Assembly: GCA_021081985.1 (NCBI GenBank)
Contig: GCA_021081985.1_3639.1
Length of the DNA: 64,000 nt
Source of the DNA: a phage
Strand: one strand, 5' to 3'
In this document: in pieces, positions 27,852 to 35,050 of the stretch
How positions within the stretch are numbered: position 1 is the stretch's first letter
Layout of the letters: the number at the start of each line of letters is the position of its first letter
Notes under the pieces: generated by a model
Databases searched by the model: none
What the model saw: the letters and a program-made list of their open reading frames with translations, nothing else
What the model was told of the DNA's origin: nothing
Position numbers and translations under genes: made by a program

Positions 27852-27926
27852 GCTCGTATAGCTCAACGGTAGAGCACCTGCCTTGTAAGCAGGGGGTTGC
27901 AGGTTCGAAACCTGCTGCGAGCACCA
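27852..27926 (+). tRNA. tRNA-Thr (anticodon TGT)
   Basis: Acceptor GCTCGTA/TGCGAGC, D-arm GCTC..GAGC, loop cTTGTaa, T-arm GCAGG-TTCGAAA-CCTGC, CCA encoded. Confidence 0.75.
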
Positions 27927-27928
27927 AT

Positions 27929-28025
27929 GCTGGGTAAGCCCTTTGGCAAGGGCGAGGATTTATAATCCTGAAAATAGACGGGCTAGCCGTTGAATACATA
28001 GGTGGTTCGATTCCATCACCCAGCC
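27929..28025 (+). ncRNA. atypical tRNA-like element (97 nt; intact acceptor, D- and T-arms, aberrant anticodon region)
   Basis: Acceptor GCTGGGT/ACCCAGC, D-arm GCCC..GGGC, T-arm GGTGG-TTCGATT-CCATC, but about 46 nt between D- and T-arms with two hairpins and no encoded CCA. Confidence 0.3.
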
Positions 28026-28226
28026 ACAAGTTTGTTTTATAGTGTATTAGCTTATATTATTCGATATAAATGCCTGATCAGCATTTGTTGTGAATGAGGC
28101 ATACAATGCGTGAGAAAGCTATCGGTGCGCAACGTTGATTTCAAACGTAGTCATGCTCGTAGAGCACCAACTGTGGAAGTTGGAGGGTGGTTGAGTAACC
28201 ATACACTATAAAGCATTCTTTAAAAT

Positions 28227-28311
28227 GGGCGGTGTCCCCACACAAGTCTTCTAAACTTGTACTTAAAAAGTGGGAAGGAAGTGAGAGGTTCGATTCCTCC
28301 ACCGTCTACCA
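28227..28311 (+). ncRNA. atypical tRNA-like element (T-arm, acceptor and CTTCTAA anticodon-like hairpin but no D-arm)
   Basis: GGTTCGATTCC T-loop, acceptor GGGCGGT/ACCGTCT plus ACCA, hairpin CAAGT-cttctaa-ACTTG; does not fold as a canonical cloverleaf by hand. Confidence 0.3.
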
Positions 28312-28387
28312 GATTAACCCCAACTTGAGAATCGTCAGCGCGGCTCGTAAGACCCACTCTATAGGTTCTCTACCTGGGGTGCTTATT

Positions 28388-28464
28388 GCACGGTTGCCGG
28401 AATTTGGTTACGGGTCTGTCTGCAAAACGGATATATGTCGGTTCAAGTCCGACACCGTGCTCCA
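28388..28464 (+). tRNA. tRNA-Cys (anticodon GCA)
   Basis: Acceptor GCACGGT/ACCGTGC, loop cTGCAaa, T-arm GTCGG-TTCAAGT-CCGAC, CCA encoded. Confidence 0.7.
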
Positions 28465-28501
28465 AACTTTCAATTTCTTGGCAAATATGTTAAAATACCA
28501 C

Positions 28502-28530
28502 TTGACAGATATGTTTTTATTTGATAATAT
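28502..28530 (+). promoter_or_regulatory. sigma70-like promoter (TTGACA-17-TAATAT)
   Basis: TTGACAgatatgtttttatttgaTAATAT upstream of ATG 28551. Confidence 0.45.
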
Positions 28531-28550
28531 CATTAAGTGGGGTTTTTAAA

Positions 28551-28898
28551 ATGGCTACTAAGCAGCTTACAAAACGTAGAAGAGGAAAAGGTCGTCCTCT
28601 GAAAGAGGAATCTAATGCAATTCAGTTAGAGAAAAATATCCTAGATTTGAAAACGAATCTGATTGCAATGATTCCTGAAGCTCATCAGGTTCTTAGGGAT
28701 TTGATGAAGAATGTGAATACAAAAGACAATATCAGAGAAAATATCGCTCGTTATGTTATTGAGAAAGGTGAGCAGATGCTTTCTGATTACTTTGATGAGG
28801 AAAACGAAGAGTTACTCGAAAAAGATAACTCAGAAAAAGCGCCTATTAAGGCAGCCAAACCATTCTCGACGGATATTGTTCAATTCAAACAAGGTTAA
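28551..28898 (+). CDS. hypothetical protein (start at internal ATG of track ORF 28521..28898)
   Basis: MATKQLTKRRRGKGRP...; promoter-like element immediately upstream. Confidence 0.35.
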   Translation: MATKQLTKRRRGKGRPLKEESNAIQLEKNILDLKTNLIAMIPEAHQVLRDLMKNVNTKDNIRENIARYVIEKGEQMLSDYFDEENEELLEKDNSEKAPIKAAKPFSTDIVQFKQG

Positions 28899-28899
28899 T

Positions 28900-28989
28900 G
28901 TGTCGTTAGACCGTAGGGGTAGCGGGGGAGACTGTAAATCTCCTGTCTCGAAAGGGACTCGGGTAGTTCGACTCTATCACGGCACACCA
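28900..28989 (+). tRNA. tRNA-Tyr (anticodon GTA), long variable arm
   Basis: Acceptor GTGTCGT/ACGGCAC, loop cTGTAaa, variable-arm hairpin GTCTC-gaaa-GGGAC, T-arm GGTAG-TTCGACT-CTATC, CCA encoded. Confidence 0.7.
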
Positions 28990-29057
28990 ACTAAATCTGT
29001 ACTGGCTTTGATGTGTGACGATACCCTCCAATCGTGGTTGTTGGGTCAGTACAGTTT

Positions 29058-29133
29058 GGGAGTGTAGATCAGTTAGTAGATCGCTCGACCGATAATCGAG
29101 AGGACGTAGGGGCAGAGCCTACCACTCCCACCA
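29058..29133 (+). tRNA. tRNA-Ile-like (anticodon GAT) with non-canonical T-loop and C33; possibly degenerate
   Basis: Acceptor GGGAGTG/CACTCCC, D-arm GATC..GATC, loop ccGATaa, T-arm GTAGG-GGCAGAG-CCTAC. Confidence 0.4.
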
Positions 29134-29138
29134 AATAT

Positions 29139-29213
29139 GCATCCATAGTTTAATTGGGAAAACTACAGCCTTCCAAGCTGAAGTCGAGGGTTCGATGCCC
29201 TCTGGATGCTCCA
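29139..29213 (+). tRNA. tRNA-Gly (anticodon TCC)
   Basis: Acceptor GCATCCA/TGGATGC, D-arm GTTT..AAAC, loop cTTCCaa, T-arm GAGGG-TTCGATG-CCCTC, CCA encoded. Confidence 0.65.
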
Positions 29214-29338
29214 GTTAAAAGATGTCAATGAAATCCGCTTGGGTCAACTGAAGACCGTAACAAATTCCATGGGGTTGTGTTTGCGGTCCAACCCTAGACA
29301 TCTTCTATCTTTAGTAGAAGGCTTTAATACGGACGAGT

Positions 29339-29569
29339 ATGATGGTTTCTAAATTAATCATAACAAGGCATCATAATGCTAAAGAAATAGAGATTGTGAA
29401 TGCTGCTGGCACTCTTGTGCTAAAAGTTGGTAAAGACTGTCCTTTTGAATTGTGCCAGAAGGAACTTTTAAGTTTGTGCGGTTTCAGGTTTAAACAGATT
29501 ATCTTTGAAAATGCTTTTCAATATTCAGACTTAAACCAGTACATTATATCTAGGCTTGATCCTGCATGA
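29339..29569 (+). CDS. hypothetical protein embedded in tRNA array
   Basis: 76-aa ORF. Confidence 0.3.
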   Translation: MMVSKLIITRHHNAKEIEIVNAAGTLVLKVGKDCPFELCQKELLSLCGFRFKQIIFENAFQYSDLNQYIISRLDPA

Positions 29570-30123
29570 GATACTTGAAATATTTATCTTGGATCCTGTT
29601 AGCACCTCTTGATCCAATTATGTCGGCTCTCTGTGTTATTCTGGCTCCTTTTGTTGTTCCGTTCTATAATGAGAAGACAGGGCATCTACCCTATATTTTC
29701 AGGTGGATGGAAACATATGATAATCCTATAGACGGTGACAGAGGACACATAGAGAGATGGGAAGAAGTCCGTAAAATAGGAAGTTTTGGTGTTTACCTAC
29801 AACGAGTTGCTTGGTTGTGGAGAAATAAAGCCTACAATTTTTCCTATCACGTACTTGGACGTGAAATCGCATCTGTGACAAAGTGGAAAGGAAACATCCA
29901 TGTAAGCTCTGATGTGGAGGATAATCAACAAGGCTATTTGTTGATGTGGAATGACAATGCGTGGGGTGTATTCGCGTTTGTCCCGTCTTTTAGATTGTTT
30001 GGAAAACAATTTTACTGGCGAATTTATGTCGGTTGGAAACTGAAGAGTGTGGTTCCTGAAGACAGAGCTTTTTCAAGAGAGAGGGTGATGTTGGCATTTT
30101 TCATAAGTCCTTTCCGAAAATAG
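29566..30123 (+). CDS. hypothetical protein (hydrophobic N-terminus, Trp-rich) embedded in tRNA array
   Basis: 185-aa ORF, ATGA overlap with upstream ORF. Confidence 0.4.
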   Translation: MRYLKYLSWILLAPLDPIMSALCVILAPFVVPFYNEKTGHLPYIFRWMETYDNPIDGDRGHIERWEEVRKIGSFGVYLQRVAWLWRNKAYNFSYHVLGREIASVTKWKGNIHVSSDVEDNQQGYLLMWNDNAWGVFAFVPSFRLFGKQFYWRIYVGWKLKSVVPEDRAFSRERVMLAFFISPFRK

Positions 30124-30129
30124 TTTTTA

Positions 30130-30211
30130 ATGAGAGTAGCGTAACTTCACTGGGTGAAGGCTGGCCTCCAAAACCAGTGACTAAGAGGTTCGATTCCTCA
30201 CTCTCGTGCCA
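30130..30211 (+). tRNA. tRNA-like gene, possible tRNA-Trp (anticodon CCA), irregular D-region
   Basis: Acceptor ATGAGAG/CTCTCGT, loop cTCCAaa, T-loop TTCGATT, CCA encoded; D-region forms a tight 6-bp hairpin instead of a normal D-arm. Confidence 0.35.
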
Positions 30212-30212
30212 A

Positions 30213-30288
30213 AGGGGATTAGCATAGTGGCCTAATGCAACGGGCTTTGACCCCGTGATCGGTTGTTCGAATCAACCATCCCCTGCCA
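30213..30288 (+). tRNA. tRNA-Gln (anticodon TTG)
   Basis: Acceptor AGGGGAT/ATCCCCT, D-arm GCAT..ATGC, loop cTTTGac, T-arm GGTTG-TTCGAAT-CAACC, CCA. Confidence 0.75.
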
Positions 30289-30297
30289 AGTTAAAAC

Positions 30298-30387
30298 GGA
30301 GAAGCAAATCGATTGGCGACGAAACCACATTGGAAATGTGCTGACTGGTAAAACGGCTTGAGAGTTCGATTCTCTCCTTCTCCACCA
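30298..30387 (+). tRNA. tRNA-Ser (anticodon GGA), type II
   Basis: Acceptor GGAGAAG/CTTCTCC, loop tTGGAaa, T-arm GAGAG-TTCGATT-CTCTC, CCA; variable arm pairs weakly. Confidence 0.5.
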
Positions 30388-30401
30388 GTTTTTAAGGATT
30401 T

Positions 30402-31145
30402 ATGTATGCACTCTCCCCAAGAAAAAAAAATGGAAAACAGATATTTAATTTGTTGAAAAGCGGAAAAGGCTTCTCAAACCCGCTTCAATCAGGTCTTTCT
30501 CTGGTTGGTGGTAAAGTAAGTAGTCTATCTTCTTTATCTTCCTCTATTTCTTCGGTAACTAACCCAGCTATAAAGGCTCAATTAGCTGCCGCAGGTTTGA
30601 CAACTGGCGTTTTATCAAATTTTACTTCGTCTCTTGGTTCTGTTACAAGCACGACAAAAACGCTTGTTGATTATGGTCAGAAATCTGTTGAAGAGTTCTC
30701 CCAAAGAATGCACGCAGCGAGTAATTATATGAGTACTCTGAGCAGAATGGGAGAAAAGACAAGTTGTTCAATATTTAGTGACGTTATGTCTGTAGCCACT
30801 GATTTAGGTAAGAAAGCTATGGATGCCGTTAATTCCGCGATGGATGCGGTGAACGATGTTATGTCTCAATTGCAAGATGCAATAAATAAGGGTTTGAATA
30901 CAATATCTAGTTTGGCGAGTAAAGCTGTCTCAGCGATAAACAAAGGGATCCAGAAAATGTCTGAGTATGCTAGCCAAGTGACAAAGATGATTGAAGATGA
31001 AGCAAAGAAGTTGGCAGACTACTTAAAGACAAGTGCTGAAGGATTTCTCGCAGATATCCTACCTGATTGGTTTAACGATTCTTGTAAATCTGGTATAGTT
31101 GACCAGATTGCTACACCAGAGATGAAAGAAGTTCTTAAAAAGTAA
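30402..31145 (+). CDS. hypothetical Ser/Thr-rich helical protein embedded in tRNA array
   Basis: 247-aa ORF between tRNA genes; start may be internal. Confidence 0.4.
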   Translation: MYALSPRKKNGKQIFNLLKSGKGFSNPLQSGLSLVGGKVSSLSSLSSSISSVTNPAIKAQLAAAGLTTGVLSNFTSSLGSVTSTTKTLVDYGQKSVEEFSQRMHAASNYMSTLSRMGEKTSCSIFSDVMSVATDLGKKAMDAVNSAMDAVNDVMSQLQDAINKGLNTISSLASKAVSAINKGIQKMSEYASQVTKMIEDEAKKLADYLKTSAEGFLADILPDWFNDSCKSGIVDQIATPEMKEVLKK

Positions 31146-31147
31146 TT

Positions 31148-31241
31148 GGAAGATTAACCCTAATTTGGTAAGGGGTCTCCCTGCTAAGGAGATAGTAACC
31201 CAGAAATGGGTGTGCCAGTTCAAGTCTGGCATCTTCCTCCA
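31148..31241 (+). tRNA. tRNA-Ser (anticodon GCT), type II
   Basis: Acceptor GGAAGAT/ATCTTCC, loop cTGCTaa, variable-arm hairpin ACCCA-gaaa-TGGGT, T-arm GCCAG-TTCAAGT-CTGGC, CCA. Confidence 0.65.
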
Positions 31242-31320
31242 CTGTATGTCAAGGCTCAGATTTCTTCGGACCTGGGCGTTCGCCTTTGTTGGGTGTATAT
31301 TCTCGGCAGAGGCTATCTTT

Positions 31321-31409
31321 GGAGGCTGGGGTGCATGGTGCACAAGCTGGTTTGAACCCAGTCCCGCTGTAGAGATATGGTGACAGTTCGATTCTGTCAG
31401 CCTCCTCCA
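31321..31409 (+). tRNA. tRNA-Ser (anticodon TGA), type II
   Basis: Acceptor GGAGGCT/AGCCTCC, loop tTTGAac, T-arm GACAG-TTCGATT-CTGTC, CCA. Confidence 0.6.
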
Positions 31410-31632
31410 AGTTATCTTTAATGTAGCTTGTTTAGTTGCTTGGTGTGATTTTTCGGTGGATGGCTGCAACCATCTTATCGATACCCCAGAGCAGTCCGCT
31501 CTTTACTGGCGTAAGCCAAACACTTATGATGGTCATGTAATCGTAATCTATCATTAGTGTGCTCTCCCTGGAGAGCTGTTGCGTATAGCTAATTATTGTG
31601 TGAGTAATTAGCTATTTTAAAGATAATTTGAC

Positions 31633-31709
31633 GGATCTGTAGCCAAATGGTTTAAGGCACTCGACTTTTAATCGAGAGATTGTTGGTTCGAATCCAACCA
31701 GATCCACCA
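31633..31709 (+). tRNA. tRNA-Lys (anticodon TTT)
   Basis: Acceptor GGATCTG/CAGATCC, D-arm GCC..GGC, loop cTTTTaa, T-arm GTTGG-TTCGAAT-CCAAC, CCA. Confidence 0.8.
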
Positions 31710-31718
31710 AAATATTCA

Positions 31719-31809
31719 GGTTCTTTGACCGAGTGGTCGATGGTGACGGCCTGTTAAGCCGTTGGGAGGAATCTCCCCACCGAAGGTTCGAATCCTTCAG
31801 GAACCGCCA
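31719..31809 (+). tRNA. tRNA with anticodon GTT (Asn codons) but type-II body and G73 discriminator
   Basis: Acceptor GGTTCTT/AGGAACC, D-arm ACCG..TGGT, anticodon stem ACGGC/GCCGT with loop cTGTTaa, variable-arm hairpin GGGAG-gaat-CTCCC, T-arm GAAGG-TTCGAAT-CCTTC, disc G, CCA. Confidence 0.5.
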
Positions 31810-31893
31810 ATTCTTGACTTAATCAAGTCACAGATATCACCTAGCCAGCGATACCAGTTAGTAGATTCTGGGACAATTAAAATCTACATTTCT

Positions 31894-31971
31894 CTGTCCG
31901 TAGCGCAGCTTGGGTAGCGCGGGTCACTTGGGATGATCAGGTCGTTGGTTCAAATCCAACCGGACAGACCA
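31894..31971 (+). tRNA. tRNA-Pro (anticodon TGG)
   Basis: Acceptor CTGTCCG/CGGACAG, D-arm GCGC..GCGC, loop cTTGGga, T-arm GTTGG-TTCAAAT-CCAAC, CCA. Confidence 0.75.
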
Positions 31972-32013
31972 ATAAACATATACATATCAAAGCAGAAATG
32001 TACAGAGGATACC

Positions 32014-32205
32014 ATGTTAACAGTTAAAGTCGTATCTCCAAATGATGAACAAATTTTTTGTGGGAAAATTGTTGGGTATTGTGCTCATCAAAAGTCTATA
32101 GCTATTTCAGGTATTGACCAAAAAGTGTTTTTGTCTGAGGATCAGACCGCTTATGTGATCAATGCCAATGGAAAAACTATTTCTGTGTATCGTGGAAAAC
32201 CGTAA
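32014..32205 (+). CDS. hypothetical small protein (internal ATG of track ORF 31933..32205, which overlaps tRNA-Pro)
   Basis: MLTVKVVSPNDEQ...; AGGA RBS 5 nt upstream. Confidence 0.3.
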   Translation: MLTVKVVSPNDEQIFCGKIVGYCAHQKSIAISGIDQKVFLSEDQTAYVINANGKTISVYRGKP

Positions 32206-32219
32206 CTCTTAATATAAAT

Positions 32220-32296
32220 GGGCGATTGATGGAATTGGTATACATGTCAGGCTTAGAACCTGAATTTTGGGGGTTCGAGTCCCTCATCGCCTACCA
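32220..32296 (+). tRNA. tRNA with anticodon TAG (Leu codon CUA) but short variable arm (type-I body)
   Basis: Acceptor GGGCGAT/ATCGCCT, anticodon stem TCAGG/CCTGA with loop cTTAGaa, 5-nt variable loop, T-arm GGGGG-TTCGAGT-CCCTC, A73, CCA. Confidence 0.5.
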
Positions 32297-32301
32297 ATTA
32301 T

Positions 32302-32377
32302 GTGACGGTAACTCAGTTGGTAGAGTGCCTTGCTGAAGACTAGGTGGTCACAGGTTCGAATCCTGTCCGTCACACCA
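32302..32377 (+). tRNA. tRNA-Phe (anticodon GAA)
   Basis: Acceptor GTGACGG/CCGTCAC, D-arm ACTC..GAGT, loop cTGAAga, T-arm ACAGG-TTCGAAT-CCTGT, CCA. Confidence 0.7.
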
Positions 32378-32392
32378 AACAGGAAATAGATT

Positions 32393-32623
32393 ATGCGAAG
32401 AAAATTGAAGAGTGCATATATCCAAAAAATAGAGACAGTTAGAAAATTTTGTGCTGGGTGGCCTCTTATTCTACTTATTGCCGATTCTAGGTATACTACT
32501 CAAGATGTGAAGAACTACAAGAAAGTAGATAAGTATTGTCGGACAAAGAAAGGAAGACTTGATGGTACTTATGAGATCCATTTTGGTCATCCACCTAGAA
32601 GGATTTCTCTTGGTAATAAATGA
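32393..32623 (+). CDS. hypothetical basic protein
   Basis: 76-aa ORF between tRNA genes; AGGA RBS. Confidence 0.35.
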   Translation: MRRKLKSAYIQKIETVRKFCAGWPLILLIADSRYTTQDVKNYKKVDKYCRTKKGRLDGTYEIHFGHPPRRISLGNK

Positions 32624-32627
32624 ACAT

Positions 32628-32703
32628 TGCGAGTTTGAAGTCTGGTGACTTCGCTGGTCTCATAAGCCAGTCCAGATTGGTTCGATCCCAATACTCGCAA
32701 CCA
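32628..32703 (+). tRNA. tRNA-Met/Ile2 (anticodon CAT), second CAT tRNA
   Basis: Acceptor TGCGAGT/ACTCGCA, D-arm GAAG..CTTC, loop cTCATaa, T-arm ATTGG-TTCGATC-CCAAT, CCA. Confidence 0.65.
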
Positions 32704-32834
32704 GAATTAAAGTGGACACTAAGGAAGGTCGTGGCTGAGTAAACGGTAAGACACTCTCGACATGTAAAGGTTCCTTCGCCACTTTTCTCAAATAACTATA
32801 ATAATAATCCAATCAATCTCCTCTCCTATGCCTA

Positions 32835-32860
32835 ACCCCGCCTCTTGCGGGGTTTTTCTT
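32835..32860 (+). terminator. intrinsic terminator closing the tRNA array
   Basis: AACCCCGCctcttGCGGGGTT followed by TTTTTCTTT. Confidence 0.6.
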
Positions 32861-32906
32861 TATGTGCTAGTCTTTACGCATCTTGTTTTGTACTTAAGGA
32901 TAGCTA

Positions 32907-34267
32907 AGATGTTGCATGTTTTCAAAAAAGAAGATTTTCAAAGAGAGTATGACATTTTGTGCTCTTTTATACCAAAAGGTGTTTATGATTTATTGTCAAA
33001 GCTGGATGTTAAGATAGCTGGCGGTGCAATAACCTCTTTGTTCTCTAATAGTAAAGTCAACGATCTTGATTTGTATTTCCCATCTTGGGAAAGCCTTGAG
33101 ATATTCATTGCGTACATGATGGATAAAAGACTCTTGTCAGGGAAATATGATTTGTCTAAGAAAACAAATGGCTGGGCGTCAGATCAAAAAATAGCATTTA
33201 GGCATTTCTATAAACTTGATCACGGTGATCCAGCATTTTCAAATTTTACAGATCCTCTTTCTATAGGTAGAGAATATGACAATGAATACGATTATTTATG
33301 TGATGAAGATGATAATTTGCCAACCATGAAAAAGGTTGGTGTGACAGATAAGAGTGTGATGTTTTACTTTGGACAAGAGCCTGTCTTTCAATGTGTGGCT
33401 GTGGATGTGTTCAAAACAACAGAAGACATCTTTAGCAAATTTGATTTTACAATAAATATGGGTGCTTTTAACTTCAAAGATGGTGTGTGGGAATTTAATA
33501 GCAATTTCTTAAAACATATTGCTCAAAGAGTTTTGGTTGTAAATCATAAAACTGAATACCCGATTATGTCACTTTTGAGATCTGAAAAATACAAATCTCG
33601 TGGCTATACAATTTCGAAAAAAGAGACAATGAAACTGGCTATGACCATTGCTAACCTTCAGATAGAAGGTTGGGAATCGGCAAAGTCACATCTTAGCGGG
33701 ATGTACGGAATGAAACTGTCAGATATTTTTGATGAGACAAAACAGTTTTCACTTGATTCTTTGGTTGAGTGCCTAGACAGATTAGAATCTTGTTGCCAGC
33801 AGGTAGACAAAAATGTTACCCCTGTGCAACCGTTGCCGTTTAATGATGTATCTAAAGTTAATATGTTTAATATTTTTCAAAGATTAAGAAAAGCAACAGG
33901 CAGGAAATACTTTACAAAACTATATGGGGTTTGTCCTGCTGAAGTTTTCTATCTTATGATGCCAACAAAAGATACACATTATGTTGGGCTTTACAAAGAA
34001 GATATAGCAAATAATTTTCCCACTCTCAGACTTTATGTTGATGAGAAGAAGGCAAGAGAATATTACGAATACCTGTGTGAGTGTGGTAAGACAGATGGTT
34101 ATGGATGCCTAATGTATAAACCTGGGGCAGTTCTCTTAGATGTCTCAATAAGTGATCCATCTAAGATGCAATACGATATCATAACTGATGAGATTAATAT
34201 TTATGAAAACAGAAAAACAACATTGAAAATTGAAAACATTATTGTGTGTGATGGGGATATATCATGA
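32907..34267 (+). CDS. class II nucleotidyltransferase, CCA-adding enzyme / poly(A) polymerase-like (start at internal ATG; track ORF 32828 spans the terminator)
   Basis: KIAGGAITSLFSNSKVNDLDLYF (GG..x10..DxD pol-beta NTase motif) and FDFTINMGA (DxTIN-like motif) resemble tRNA nucleotidyltransferase head-domain motifs; follows the tRNA array. Confidence 0.5.
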
Positions 34268-34665
34268 TATGGTTTAAAACGCTGTTAACTTTCTTTTCTA
34301 GGAACATAAAACAGATAGGTGTTGTTTTGTGTTGTGTGGTTCTCGTCTGTGGTATCTTGGGGATAAAACATTGGTATAATGACCAGTTAACATCGTCCTA
34401 CAACGCAGGTGTCAGCGACACGGATCTTAAATGGGAGAGGATTAACCAGCAAGTTAGAGATCACAACAACGCTTTTAAAAAACAACAGCAGGATAAGATC
34501 GATGAGTTGTCAACCATGTTGGTGAAAGAGAGAGAAATTAATAACCAACTGAAAGAAGACCTTGATAAAAAGGTTAAAAGTTATAGCAAAACACAAGCAG
34601 GAAAACAGGTTTGCCTCGATAACCAGTTTGTTGATATCTATAACGACAGTTTGGGGTCTAAATGA
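34264..34665 (+). CDS. i-spanin (Rz-like inner-membrane spanin)
   Basis: N-terminal TM helix (IGVVLCCVVLVCGILGI) then charged coiled-coil; ATGA-coupled to downstream lipoprotein. Confidence 0.55.
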   Translation: MIWFKTLLTFFSRNIKQIGVVLCCVVLVCGILGIKHWYNDQLTSSYNAGVSDTDLKWERINQQVRDHNNAFKKQQQDKIDELSTMLVKEREINNQLKEDLDKKVKSYSKTQAGKQVCLDNQFVDIYNDSLGSK

Positions 34666-34955
34666 AAAAGTATGTTATCATGGTTCCTTTTCTATTGTTT
34701 ATGTTAACAGGGTGCACTTCACCACCTGAGAGAGTTGTTCCTGTTGCAAAAGAGATCATAATAAGCGATATCCTAGCAAGACCACCCGCTGAAGCTATGA
34801 TACCACCGAAAGAACCTGAAAAATTGCCAGGTGGTCTTAGTAATGCAGATGCTATCGAGGTGATTAAGAAAAACAACATTAAGGCTGCTGAAGATCGTAT
34901 GAAATTAAGAACGTTACAGCAGTATGTAAAGACAATATTTTCTTCAGACAAATAG
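34662..34955 (+). CDS. o-spanin (Rz1-like outer-membrane lipoprotein)
   Basis: Signal peptide with lipobox LTGC, Pro-rich mature part, 97 aa. Confidence 0.6.
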   Translation: MKKYVIMVPFLLFMLTGCTSPPERVVPVAKEIIISDILARPPAEAMIPPKEPEKLPGGLSNADAIEVIKKNNIKAAEDRMKLRTLQQYVKTIFSSDK

Positions 34956-34963
34956 TTGACAAT

Positions 34964-34995
34964 GCCCTTATTTAATGATAAGGGCTTTATTTTTA
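34964..34995 (+). terminator. intrinsic terminator after spanin genes
   Basis: GCCCTTAtttaatgaTAAGGGC followed by TTTATTTTTAT. Confidence 0.55.
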
Positions 34996-35050
34996 TCGTG
35001 ATTCGTGGTAAACTACCTCCTATGGTAGGAATAGAAAATATGGAGGTCTT

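Noticed and set aside
27847-28029. Track ORF of 60 aa on minus strand
   Set aside because: Antisense across tRNA-Thr and the adjacent tRNA-like element.
28232-28549. Track ORF of 105 aa on plus strand
   Set aside because: It is translated straight through the tRNA-like element and tRNA-Cys (GSERFDSS is the T-loop GGTTCGATTCC), so it is a by-product of tRNA sequence rather than a gene.
28753-29067. Track ORF of 104 aa on plus strand
   Set aside because: Runs through tRNA-Tyr (28900..28989) in an alternative frame to the 28551..28898 ORF.
31059-31469. Track ORFs 31059..31469 (-) and 31165..31383 (+)
   Set aside because: Both overlap tRNA-Ser(GCT) and tRNA-Ser(TGA); translations are tRNA-derived.
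32828-32906. Upstream start codon of the nucleotidyltransferase ORF at 32828
   Set aside because: The extension would translate through the intrinsic terminator hairpin at 32835..32860; the internal ATG at 32907 with an upstream AAGGA is more plausible.
34956-34962. TTGACA box at the spanin 3' end as a promoter
   Set aside because: It overlaps the terminator hairpin and has no acceptable -10 element at 16-18 bp.
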